Positions 36,290 through 49,124 of a stretch of 64,000 nucleotides of DNA are shown here, one piece after another. The position numbers and the translations under genes were made by a program. Below the pieces are notes generated by a model. The model was not told the origin of the DNA. It worked only from the letters and a program-made list of their open reading frames with translations, and did not search any database. Numbering within the stretch: the first letter of the stretch is position 1; the number at the start of each line of letters is the position of its first letter. The stretch is taken from NCBI GenBank assembly GCA_015680685.1, contig MNCI01002989.1, positions 715,706 through 779,705 of the forward strand, in the 5' to 3' direction. The DNA is from Gnetum montanum. Lineage: Eukaryota > Plantae > Gnetophyta.

Positions 36290-37946
36290 TATAACAACTG
36301 AAAACATTGGTGGTTGGGAAATTGAGAAGTTCATGGACACACAGTCTTAACCTCGAGTCCATGTGAGGGCCTACTAGAGGTAGAGATGAGGTGCCTAGAA
36401 TGATCTTATCAATTGAATAGGGACTTAACAAATGTGATGCCAAACGATGCTAAGTGTTCGTGTGGTGTTCGCAGTGTCAACGGTGTCAATGGGGGTGAGT
36501 GTAGCCAAGGGTTTCAGTGTAAAATGAAGGCATCAATGCATGGATATGCATAAAAACAATAGAGAATGCAAGTAGAATGCTAAAAATGCAAGTAAAAATG
36601 CTAAAATGCATAGAAAGATAGCAAGAGAGAATGGAACACCACCCCAACTAAGATTGAGCATAGAAGGGATGAGAAGGTACGCAGTGTACAAGTGTAGTGG
36701 ATAGCATAGTCATAGTCTTGGGGGTGTTTGGCCATGAACACTAACGTTCTACCATGGTTTCTATGCCTTCTAGGTTGGTTGCCATAGTGTGCAATGGACT
36801 ACGGTGGTCTGCGATGTCTTGCAGTGAGCTACAGTGGTGTGCAACCTTGCCAAATGCTAACCCAAGATTTGCCAATGCCTTGACTTGTCAAAATGCCAAA
36901 TGCACTTCAAATTTTCCAATGTTCAAATTTTCCAACCTACTTCAATTTTTTCCAACACATAAAACTTTGAGGGTTGGGGTATTTATAGGCCCAGGGTTAG
37001 CATGAAATGCGGATCAGCTACCATGTGGTAGTGGGACGATTGGGTCTACATTACACCCAACTACACTCTCCATTGAGGCTAGTAGTGTTATGCTATGCTT
37101 TGGTCTGATGGACTCTACAAGATTGTGAGACTATGACTATGCTACCAACTACATGTTCGTGTATTGAAAAGACCACAATGTACTTGAAAAAATGCAACTT
37201 TGGAGACTATGCTCTAGGACTACACTATCCACTGTCTCGAGTGGAGTCAAGTGTAGTTACAATTTGGGGCTAAAAAGGGATATAACAAAGATGCATTTTT
37301 GCTAACTATGCTTGTTGGAGGTATGTTGGAGCTGATCTGAATACTAGTGCTATGTTGTGGAGGCCTATGGATGTTGTTCTGGCTAACTACGCTTAACTAC
37401 ACTCTGAACTGGGGGAGAGCATAGTCCAACACTAAGAAAAATTTTGCAAAAAATGGTTGTGTGCTAACTACACTCTCCATGAGAGGCTAACTATGCTTCC
37501 AACTAGGGTCAATCATAGTCTTAGCACTTGTCAAAACTTGTAAAAACTAGCTTCCAGTTGACTACACTTGACTATGCTCTAGGGTAGTGGAGAGTGTAGT
37601 CTCACTGCTTAGAAAAATATGTAGCGGCTAGCTTGACACTTAGAAAATTTTGCAAAACTAGTGTTTGGTGTTGACTATGCTCTCTAATAAGCTGACTACA
37701 CTTTAGGGTTGGTAGTAGAAAGTATAGTCTCAACACTTAGAAAAATTTGTAGCTTCTTGCTTCATGATGAAACTTAGGAAAAATTGTAGAAAATTAGTTT
37801 TTGGAGCTAACTACACTTTTCACTGGGTTGAGTATGCTCTGGGGTAGTGGAGAGCATAGTCCCAGCACTTAGAAAAATTTTCCTTGTTCTGACACTTAGA
37901 CAAATTTGTAGTCAAGATGTCGTAGCCCAAATTTGGTGGTGTTTCA
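36290..37946 (-). repeat. 5' LTR of the Tat element
   Basis: Matches 18652-20304; ORFs 19181..19375 and 36754..37005 are the same LTR segment. Confidence 0.92.
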
Positions 37947-38390
37947 TGTATTGAATCAAAAGATAATAAAAATAAATTTAAAGTAAGAAATTATATTTAG
38001 TTTTCCTACCCCAATATTGTAGTATTTATTTCTAAAACTAAAAAGTTAAATAGAATGTTACCTTGACTAAAGTATTTGTCATAATAGTTGGTTGAGTGAT
38101 TAAGCTCCCCATCCATTAGTTATTTTTTGAAAATTCAAAAAGTTTCAAAAATAATGGATTCTTGATCTCCATTTTCAACCAAGCTACAATGGATATATGA
38201 TTTTTGATATCCCAACATACTAACCCAAATTGCAATACTAACTAAACCATGCCTTAGAAAAAACTGACATTTTGTGCAACATAGTGAGCAATTATATGTA
38301 AAACATAATATTTGAATCAACATCTTTCAAAAAAAATATAAACTACAAATCTTTTAAACACTCTGTAGAGATAGAAATAACAAAACTTTT

Positions 38391-38526
38391 ATTTCCACAT
38401 ATGTCCACCAAGATAGGTAGTAGCATCACATTTGTTAGTTTGCATATAAAAGCTACAATAGCTACATTGGATGCAAAGTGTATGTGTCTTGTTTCTTCTC
38501 TTTACAAAAATTCTAGCTTCCTTAGC
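38391..38526 (-). pseudogene. RPL37: Isolated exon 2 of 60S ribosomal protein L37
   Basis: After the acceptor ttattatag it reads [45 protein letters not shown], colinear without gaps with plant RPL37 [45 protein letters not shown]. It ends at a decayed donor (T|AAAAGT). Confidence 0.85.
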
Positions 38527-39029
38527 CTATAATAATAAACATTTGCATTAATAAAAGGAATAAATGAAAACTCTATCTTTATTCAACTACAACAGCATAG
38601 AACATAGTTTGCTATGCACCAAAAAGATTTGAAATATACAAGCTATTAGATTATTTGCTCTTAAGTTTTTCTTTGGTTTGGATTTTTCCTTAATGGAAAC
38701 AGTTTGGATTTTTCTTTAGCAATGATGATATGGATTCAAATGCCCTCAATGGTAATAGTTTGGATTTTTCTTAAATATTAGTGGTAGATTAAGCTAGTCC
38801 TCCAAAACCCATAGTCTTGTAGGGCTACTATTTTCTCTTTAAGAATGAATTGGGAGATGATGCTATTTTGTTTCGGAAATTTGGTGCTTGGAGCTTCTCA
38901 AATGGATTTGGATGCAAAGTTAATTGAAATTGTTTCTCTATTTTAGTTTATGATGCCATGATGGTATGCCAAAGCATGATGCATTGCATGGATGATGTTG
39001 TAGATGGAAAAATAAATAGAAAAGTTTGA

Positions 39030-41250
39030 CAAGCTCACTTTTGATTCTTTTACAAGTTATTAAGAAAGTTTATAGCCTCTTCTATGTTTTTCCCATCTCT
39101 TCCTTGGTTGCCACTTCTAAACTAGGATGGTTCTACCTATTCTATAGCTTATCCTCTATCCTTAAATGCCAACTATTATGTTTCCTCCACAATGTGAGGT
39201 GTCTTGATGATCATTTCATTCTATATGCTGATCTACAAACCATCAGCATAATGGGCAACTTCTTCCTTTGTACCCCCCATTATCTGAACATGAAAAAAAA
39301 AATTATGAAACTCCTTTGTATACTTCATTATAGTATTTTCTCTCTACTTTCACTTCTAAAACTTTAAATACATTCCTATAGTAATTAGTGGATAAAAATG
39401 TACTTTTTAGTTTCTACAAATATCTAGTCTAGGTCTTGATTTTCTTCTTTTCCTTTAAATGATAGTTCATTTATACCTTCTTCTATCATGTGATAAAAAG
39501 TCCTATCAACCATGTTACTTTGATTTTCACCCTCTTACTTTCCTCTATTTGTTTCAACTGAAAGTAAGACCCCTTCTTTTGAAATCAATATAATAAGGCA
39601 TCTTGACTTAAATTCTCATTAAAGCTAGGAACATCAATTATAACTTACTTACCAACTTGAGACAAAACATGTAAAAACCTCTCATGTCTTTCACCATTTA
39701 TGAAAATAACATTGGTTGGTAGTGAAATGTTTTTATATAGACCAACTTCCTCAACACCTTTGACTGTAGTGGTTTCCTTTTTATCATCACTACTAGCATC
39801 CACCATGGGAATTGATCTTCTTTCTATCATCTCTATTACTTTCAACCTATCCTACAAAGTTTGTAGGATATCCATGATCCTAGTTACATTAATAGGTCCA
39901 ATTTTTGTACCTTTTCTTGTTCCTCTTCCTCTTTCTAGACATGACAGTTTTCTTCATTTCCTTCTTCTTTCTTCTTACATAAACTTAGAACTATGTTTTT
40001 GATCCTAGAAATGACAACACACAGTGAATGTAAATAATTTCAAGCTAAAAACAAGCAACACCATGGATTCTACACTAGAAGATAAACAATATCATGAGTA
40101 CCTTGAATGATAGTGGAAAGTTTTCTTCATGGTGTATGTATCACTGTATAGATGAATGCAAACAAAAAATTAAAACTTCCATGCTGGTGAAATAGAAATC
40201 ATTTGAAATAATGGCATAGCCAAGACACTTAGAAAATAAACTATGCAACCACTCAAATGACCTAGGCATTGTAAATTTTGTGAAATCCCACAACACAATA
40301 AGATAAATGGAGAAAATCATGATATCACAAGATGAGAATTAAACCAAGGGTACAATGGTGATACAAGAGCATAAAAAAAGTAACATAACCTTCCTAATAA
40401 AAAATAGATCTTAACATCCACACTCATGCTTGTGATTACATACTTAGAAGTACGTGTATCTAACAATAATTGCTTAAAAACCTCAATGCCTAGCATTCAT
40501 GAACATTTGCCCAAAAGGATGACATCCATCATTGCAACATTAGCTAAAAATTAAGGCATACCTAGAGGACAAAATGATAGAGTATGATAGAAATGCATGG
40601 GATAATCTAGCCACATTATGAACGACCTTAGAAATAATAAAATAATAAATAAAATTAATCATGTCCTGATCATATTTCTACTATGGATTCCAACTTGCCC
40701 TAAAGTTGGTAAATAATTAGCAAACCTCTCATATTAAGCCATCTTGATCTTGTTGATCTTCTTAATCTCATGCTTGAACCTTCATTAGCTATGGTTGAAA
40801 ATGATTTTTTTGACACCATCATGGTGTAATCCTTCAGTTTTAGGATTGTGGCTCTTATCTTCATGATGAAATGTTTTGATTGGTTTTTCCTCCCTATGAT
40901 GTCCATTTTTGTGGTCCATGACATTCAAACCAAATGAGATTTTCATTCCTGTATGTAGTAATAATTCATATAAATTATCAAAATTATTTGTTTTAATTTG
41001 AAACATACCATCTCTCATAGATTGCATTTTTGCATATTTCTAGTGGATTTGATATGGTCGTAACTTCATTGTAATTGTGTCCCCTTTCTTAAATTGTAGT
41101 ACTCTTTTATGTGCATCAATTGAAACTTTATATTTTCATGTGTCCTCCTTCATATGACTTCTTACCATGGTATTATACTCCTATATATTTGTCACATACT
41201 TGAGCTACTTCATGTTCATAGTTTTTGATGATAACTATGAATGATGTTCA
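39030..41250 (-). mobile_element. Highly degenerate gypsy (CRM-like) remnant: integrase C-terminus, LTR-like segment, gag
   Basis: ~41150-40900 reads DAHKRVLQFKKGD..KLRP...DGMFQI...NLYELLL...ISFGLNVMD (GPF/Y module). Non-coding ~40670-40000 is bounded by TGAT..ATCA. Gag-like FINGERHERFLHVLSQV at ~39650-39720. Confidence 0.55.
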
Positions 41251-42424
41251 TGTTGTTTCCTAAACATAGCTAAAGGCACTAAGAGGAAAGAGGGTGAATC
41301 AAGGCCTTCTAAAAATTTAATTTAAATAGAGACTATCAAAATGACTACTAGAAATTCCCAAATAAACTTAATGCAAAAAATAGAGCACCCATGTAAAATA
41401 GTAAATAGATTTGTCATCCTACATCCACAATAAAAATCTTCCTAAACTCTAGGGGGTAGAGTAATTCTATTAATAAAAAGAAATTTATAGGGCTTATTTT
41501 ATAGTCCTAGATTGAGCATAAACCCAAGCTCAAAATCATAGAAAATATCTTTCATAGCATAATGGAAGAGAAAATACTCTACCTTGTCCCAAACATAGAG
41601 ACTTAAGAGTTTTCCAAGCTCCATAAGAAAAGAAAATAGAGCTTTTATGGAAAACAAACAAAAGAAGAAGAAGAGGAGAAGCACCAAAGAAATTCTAGTT
41701 TAAGCACAAGGCCAAATACTAAAATTACGCAAGCTAAGCCCAATAGCTTCAATTTATAGCCTTCATCCCTTTTAGCCATTTTCATTGTCATTCTTCTAGC
41801 ACTTGCCAATCTGTTGAAGAAGCATGTGAGGAAGTGAGCTATAAATGTTACCAATCCATTGAAGAGTAGCTGAAGAAGAAGCCATACTTGTTGCATCTAA
41901 GATTCCATTACTACATCTTGTATGAGCTTTAGGTGAGTATTAAAAATTAAGAAGATGAGGAAGAAATTTATTATTTTATCTTGGTGCTAATGGCTCCTTC
42001 TCATGGAAATCACTAGCTTTACTTATAACTACTTTTTATGCTTCACTAAACACCCTTGTTTTCATTAATGGATTTAACTCACTTTTATAGTAGTACTGAC
42101 TCTAGATTTTTTGTATAATATATTTTTTAGTATAATTTTAGAATGCCTATTTATATTTTGTAGACATGGCATGGTCTTTTTTTTTATAGCTTGCATAAAT
42201 CTAAAAGTAGGTTCTACAAATTGGTTCTAACTATCCTTTCATTCAAGCTAACATGGCAATGAGAAAATATAAAGATTTTCAATCCTTATAGCTTTTCTAC
42301 TTTTGAAAATAAGCTTTATTTTGTGCGGGATACAAAAGCTTATGTGTAAGAGTAATTTGAGTGAGCCCTTGTAGAATAAAAAAATGGCTCTACAAGCTAA
42401 TTCTATCTTACACTTTTTTATCAT

Positions 42425-43295
42425 TGATGAGTGGTGAGTAGTTCCTATGCCCAACCATATGAATCACTAGTGTTCACTAAGCAATCTATTTGAATTCCAT
42501 AGAATTTAGTTTTCTACGTACATATTATCAAGGTAGTGAATCTTAAAAACATGATCGTTGTCTTCCTAGTTCCACTTGTGAGAATACAAAAGTATGGTTA
42601 AGTGTAATTGAGGTACATGATTTGTATAACTTTTTATCTTTTTATCTATTCCTCCTAAGTATGAAATTAAATTAATTAAGTGCTTAATTGATCTAGAAAT
42701 TATCTAATTCCTTAGCTAATCCTAACATAAGCATCTATTCCCACCTACTATACACGCCCTAAACACATATTAATGCTACTGGGTTATCAAGTGTAAGTGC
42801 TACTAGGATTACTAAGCATTAACATATGCTCGAGGTGGTTGTACTTATGTGCATCAAGTATCCATAATTATTTAATTAACTAAATGCATGAAAGTAAATT
42901 TCATAATGGTAAAGTGCAATAAAGTAAATATTATGCTAAGTCCAAGTGCTACAAGGTCTATTAAGAAAGCTCATCATTATTGGCATTCACATTGAAGTGT
43001 TTAAGCACATCAGTGCTAAAATAATGATCTATACACTTCTCAACTCCTATTGCAGACACTTAGAAAATATTTTAACTCATAATAGAATAAACTACAAGAG
43101 CTCAGTTATGCTACTAATGAATGAATGCCTTAAATGCGATAGCTGCAAGCATTTATATAGGCAATACTAAACACTTCGTTGATGCATATGCATCGATGCA
43201 TCAGATCATGCATTGACAAGTACGCATTGACAAGGATGCATTGATAGGTACATGTCAATGCAACCTTGTCGATGCAACCAACCAATGATTCATCA
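42425..43295 (-). repeat. 3' LTR of Athila C
   Basis: Diverged direct repeat of 55317-56182 (ORFs 42946..43170 and 55833..56024 are paralogous LTR segments). 14-bp GTCGAC-derived repeats at 43177-43280. Confidence 0.92.
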
Positions 43296-43542
43296 TACCC
43301 TCATGATTGACTGAAAACTCATCCTCAAGTAAATAAGAGGAACAAGCTTCTTATAAAATTTGGGAAGGCATGAAACCATTGACTAACTAACTGACTGACT
43401 CAGACTAACTTAAACTATTGCTAAGTGCCCAAGTGTATGGATTTATAAATTTTTCAAAGATAGTTGTTCATGAGAATAAAATTAAACACCATTATAAAAT
43501 TTGATAGCTGAACCCCTCTAGTGGCTATGGACAAGAAGAAAA

Positions 43543-46108
43543 TTAGATAGTCTTAGGAGATAGAGCCTCTTAAGGTGCCAAAGGACCTTCTCCTACCTCA
43601 AGTGCATGTGGTAGTTGTGGTTAAGGGTGTGGTGATTGTGGCTATCCTGCTATAGCTACAACTGCTAGTGGAAGATGAAAAGAATCTAGCAATGACTTCA
43701 TCTTCTCCTTCTTACTCCAAGGATCATAACATAGTCCACGCAGCATCACCAATGTGGATTGGTACAGGAAAATCCCAAGAACAAGGCATTGCAAAGACTC
43801 CTTCACATTGATAAACCAAGTAATGAATTGCCTACATTTGATGTTGAATTCTCTAATAGTGTTCTACAGCTTCTAGTAGTTATTCATCCTCTTGGCCAAG
43901 TTCTTAGCCACTAATCATTGATTCGTGAATCACACTTTGAGAACTTTGGGTTCAGCATTGGCCATTTCCAACTTTTGTTTTGTTTCCTTATGATGCTTCA
44001 ACTCAAACTTATACAAAATTTACAAGCTAGCCACTTACTTTTCTAGTTCTAAGCTTGGCCTTCTGATAGTTAGCATTGCCAATTTTGCATAACAGAGGTT
44101 GGCTAACTCCATATGCTCCATCATCTTTTTGATTTACATCTCCTTGAGGTGGATTTCTACCTTGTTTGACATGTTCAATCTGTCAAAGATGGGCTGCCAC
44201 AAGTCCACTTCTTGTTGGAGTTGCTAGAGGGCCTAGTTCATCATTGCCTTCACCAGCTAGATCTCTTTCTCATTGACCTCTTTGAAAAGTCCAACCTAGT
44301 TCTTGTAGTGATTTTTAACCCTTTCAAAATTGAGGGCCTCATTTTTCTAGGTGGTGATCTTAATTACTAATTTGTTATGAAGAGCTTGAACTTCCTCCAT
44401 TGAAATATTTCTATTTTCTATAGCCAACCTTCTAAGGTCCATGGTTACCTTGGCAAAATCCTCTTGCTATTGTCTCAAATGCAACTAGTGCAATTTGGGC
44501 ATTGGAGATGATGCACTTGTCCCTAGCCTCCAAGAGTGTTGACTAGGTTGCAATGATGTTTTTTAGAAGGTCAAAGACCTTTGGAATTAGTTGCCTAGTC
44601 CTAATCAATCATTCCAATAATTCTTCATGTTGGGCTATGCTAAACCTTGTACTTGCTACTCTTGTAAACATCTTCACGTCCTTGAGTGTAGCAATATCTG
44701 GTACAAAAGCCATAGGAACATTGAGTGCTTTACCCATTCTATCAACCACTACCTCAGTCACTATTTCCTACCCTTGCTGCTACATCACAAGGGTAGTCAC
44801 CCCCTCACCCTCCTCCAAGAGCACAGAGAAGGTAGCGGTGTTTTCAAAGATCTCTAGAAATTGCTATTGTCCTAGAGGAAACACTATTACCTCTTGAGCA
44901 CTAGGATTCAATCTTCTGGGCACCTATATTCATTGGGTAGAAAAAAACATTGGCGTCATGTTGTCCAACCAGCTAATTGTACAAGTGACCTTGTTCAAAT
45001 GGCTCAATGCTAGTTTGTAGATAGAGAAATCACCACTCAGTCCAACCTATTGTTATTGTAAGAGTTTCTCATAGAGTTTTTGCATGTGCTTAATGGTAGT
45101 GTGAGCCTTCAACATTGTCTCTTGACTAGTGGATGCTAGTGGTGGATGTTCCTCTTCTTGTACTTTTGGTGGCACTTTTTCTTTCATCATTTTTGTCCAA
45201 GACATGGTAGGAGCATGTTGGAAGATGTCATTAGAGTAGTGGGCTATTCCTCCTCTTCTACATAATTTTTGAATCAAGGATGGGAAGGGAAGTACCTTTC
45301 TCCCATGCTTGTTCTCCTTGAAGCATTTTTCGATCTCTAACTAGATCATTTGTGGGATATTGACTAGGAATTTACTACTTAGAGTGGCACATGCATAAGC
45401 AGAGAAGGTTGTCACTTTATTCAACCTCACCATTGGGTTGAGGTGGTAGGCCATAGTTTTGAAATATTCCCTCTCTACCTTAGTGAGTACTGTATTCTTT
45501 GTAATTAACCCCATAGCACTATTGCATCCACTCCTTCTTTACTTCTAGATTTTCTTATATTTAGATCTTTGCTAACATTTCCCTACTATCTAGCAACCCA
45601 AGGGCTAGAGAGATGGCCTCCACTAAGTAGGACATACTAATGTTTTTTATTTTCACGATGGCATCAAGCGGCATGTTGTTCCAAAATAGATATGTTTCTT
45701 CCATGTACCATTGTCCACTAGAAGTAAGAATGGACCACATGGAAGAATTTTTCAATTGAGTTTTGACTTCTTTTGGAGCAAGGTCCAAGAAAGGACCAAA
45801 GTTCAACTCTTGGAGAACTAAACTCAGGATCTTCTTGAAACAAATTTTTCTAAGCTAGGCATCCATCGAAGTGACCTCAAGGTTTTGCCTTGGTCCTAAT
45901 GTCTCATCCTAATGGAATTTCTCTATTTCAACTTTAGAAATTTATTGGATAGATATAAGCTTCTCCCAAGAGGTCCCATTACATGCATTTCAACTACTTA
46001 TTCCTAGGGCTACTCTGGTTGATTGTCCCTTCTAGTTCTTGGCCACTTGTCCCTTGGTTGGGATGGTATTGCCTCCACTCCACATTTATCCCTTAGTCTA
46101 GGTACCAT
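43543..46108 (-). pseudogene. Athila C env-like / extra ORF, homologous to that of element A
   Basis: ATG directly after a gattatag acceptor. LNFGPFLDLAPKEVKTQLKNSSMWSIL..YMEETYLFWNN aligns with element A LNLEPFIEFDPQAIRDHLKGSPLWPIL..YLGETYQFWHN, and LPFPSLIQKLC aligns with LPFPCLIRKLC. Coiled-coil C-terminal half. Confidence 0.8.
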
Positions 46109-46541
46109 CTATAATCACAACATGACCAAGGATTAGCATTTATTACGTAACTTAGAACATTTTGATACCTTGTCTTGTTTGATCTTTTTACACTTTGACA
46201 ATGTTATGATTATGGAAAATTAATTATTTTAATATTATCTTATTATTATTTTGCATAGATGACTACCAAAGTTTGTCAAAGAGTTTTAACTCTCATAAAT
46301 TTGTGATTTTAATATTATTTTATTAGTTAAACCTTGTGGGAGTTACAAAAATTTCAAAAAAAATTTTATAAAAAAAAACCAAAGGTTTGTAACCTCCATG
46401 ATGTAGAGCTTACCTCCAGTAGTTGTAGGATTGAAGAACAGAGATAATCAAACAAGTAATTTATGAGTTGTGGGCTCTAGAAATAGCAAAAACTATTTGT
46501 GCATTTGAGAGAAATTGTGAAAAATGCACTTAGTGTTGCAC

Positions 46542-46607
46542 TATTTATAGGTGCTTTATATACAACATTGATGCGATCACGTTGACAAGGTCACGTTGAC
46601 ACAACTA
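46542..46607 (-). promoter_or_regulatory. Putative internal promoter of the Athila C extra ORF (TATA plus three 14-bp CGTTGAC units)
   Basis: TATAAATA (minus strand, 46542-46549) with units cattgatgcgatca / cgttgacaaggtca / cgttgacacaacta upstream. A downstream donor GAG|GTAAG at 46413 can pair with the acceptor at 46109. Confidence 0.55.
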
Positions 46608-49124
46608 TTATTAAAAATTTTGCATGTCAAAAAGCTAAGGAAAAACAAAGAGTATTTGCATAAAATTAAAGTCTAAAGGAAGCGAGAAAAGCCATGAACA
46701 TGATGGAATGCATGAAGGGGGCTAGAATATTCATAAAAAAGGATACTCATGTGGAGAATATTGGATAAGGAGTGCAAAATTGGATGTAATCAACATGGAA
46801 TATAGAATATTTGAAAGAAAAAATGACTTAGGGATGATAAACTTAACTAGCCCAACCAAGGAATATGCGAGTGAATCCTTCTCATAGTAGGCTCATGCCT
46901 TTGATTCCCTTGCATGCCCTCAAACCAAGGAATCTATGGGCTTCATGGATGACTAATGGTTGTAGTTAATTAAGGACCAAATCACCAAATAAACCATCAA
47001 ACAACTTTGACCATATCAAACAAATACATTGAAACAAACATGAGAAAGGCAATGAGGTAAGTGATGAAGAGCATTGGTGGATGAGATAGTGTGGAATGGA
47101 GTCCTATATGGTGATTACATGAAGTTCCTTATGGATTTTGTGGTTAATATGACAAGATAAAATCCATCCATAGTCTTAATTAAGACTAACCACTTCTAGT
47201 GACTTCACATCAACACTCTTAGACTAGTCCATCCCTGAGGGAACAAGAGTACCCTCACAAATTAATCATCATTCTAAAGAGAGAAGAAAAGAGAAGTAGA
47301 AAATGAAGAGAGCCTTAGTTAAAGGGATGCCTTCAGGCATGGGTAACATGTCTTTCCAACCCCATAACCAATGCTTGTAGCTCGTTATTGTGTCTAAGGG
47401 ACATGCTTTGAATTCTCATTCTTATTATTATTTTTATGTTTATCAAATGGGAACCACACCCTGAAAAGACTTAGGTTCCTATTATTGATCAACATAGGAA
47501 TGGCAAGGGACCCATGAAGATACTAATGCATCCCAAAGAAGAGGCAAGTACAAAAAGTGTAAAACTCCCTTGAAGTCACACCATTGTCTAACCATTTAAT
47601 CCATTCCAAGTTTAAAAACTACTAAGGTCACAAGTTCATTATAAGTTTCATCTTAAGAAAGCACCTCATATTTCCAAAAAAGGGAAACATCATAGAGTTG
47701 TGTGGATCAGTGGAGGACATGGACTCACTACCTATATCATAAAAGAAACCATGTCTCAGTTATCAACTTAAAAAATTCAAAGATAGAATCCAAAAATTTG
47801 AAATTAAATAACATTATAAAGTACAAACCACCATTAATTAGTAACTATAGTTACACCAAGTCCTAATAGCAATAAAGAAAGAAAAGATACTCATAAGAAA
47901 AATTTTAACAAATAAAATATTAAAAAATTGTAAAATACTCAAGAAAGAGAAAAACATACTAACAAGAAAAACAAAAAATTTAAAAACTGAAAAGCCAATT
48001 TATTTGATATTAACATGGATGGCCATCTTCCTCATGATTGAGTTGAAAGGAAGAGATCTAAAAAATTGAACATGTTTGTCCAACTATTGAGGTGTTGTGG
48101 TCATTGGCTGTTTTGGGTTCGTGAAAAGGCTTGAGTTGTTGTGTGTTGACTAGTAGTTTCTTGTTTGGACTTTTAGTTTGTAAATTAGCATGGCCCTAGA
48201 TGAAAAGGTTTCATAAATAATATAAGGTCCCTCCCAAAATGTTTGAAACTTTGATCATTGTGGCATGTGTGTAGGATTCCAATATAAAACCTTATCTCCT
48301 AGTTGAAATTTTACTTTCTTAATTCTAAGGGCATGTTGTTGTTTATTATATGCCTTATGCACTTCATTTAATGATAGTGCCACTAGTCAATTCTCATGGA
48401 GCAAGTTGAGATTCATTAACCAATCTTTTTATGCTAGATTTAAGTCAAGGCAAAGGTCACAAGCTATTGAAAGTGTATGGAGCTCTACTTGGATAGGAAG
48501 AGTTGGTAATTTTCCATACATAAGCTCATAAGGAGAGTAGTCAATTAGAAGTTTCCATGTCAAATGACAAGTCCAAAGGGCATCGTTGAGTTTTGAGCTC
48601 TAATACCTCTATATTTTACTAATGGTTCTTGTTAGTATTTTCATTATCTTCATATTAGTAACCTACACTTGACTATTGGCTTGGGAGTCATATGGGGTTG
48701 TTAGTTTATGTTCAACCCCTAAGCATTGCATAAGCTTTCAAAAAGTGGTGCCTATAAAGTGAGTTCCATTATCAAAAATAAATGCACATGGCATCCCAAA
48801 CCTATTTACAACATGCCATTGTATAAACCAGACTGCCATAGAGAATGTGCAATTAGTGACAACTATATCTTATGCCTATTTCATATAGTAGTCAATAGCT
48901 ATGATGATGTACACCTTTCCATTAGACATGGGATCAATGGATCCCATGAAATCGATGCCCCAATGTTGAAGGGCTTTAGTAGTTTGATCCACTGTTGGGG
49001 CCCTTCCATATTAGTAGTCATCCCACCATCAAATTGATAGTAGTCATAGGAGTAGATGAAGTGATGGAAGTCCCTAAAATGTCATGCCATGAGGATTTTA
49101 ATAGCCATTCTCTCTCAGCATAAT

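Larger units (their letters stand above)
18652..37946 (-). mobile_element. Ty3/gypsy Tat-clade (Ogre/Retand-type) element, 19.3 kb
   Basis: Two ~1.65-kb LTRs, TSD TGTAT (18647-18651 and 37947-37951), tRNA-Asn-type PBS, domain order GAG-PR-[insert]-RT-RH-aRH-INT. Confidence 0.93.
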
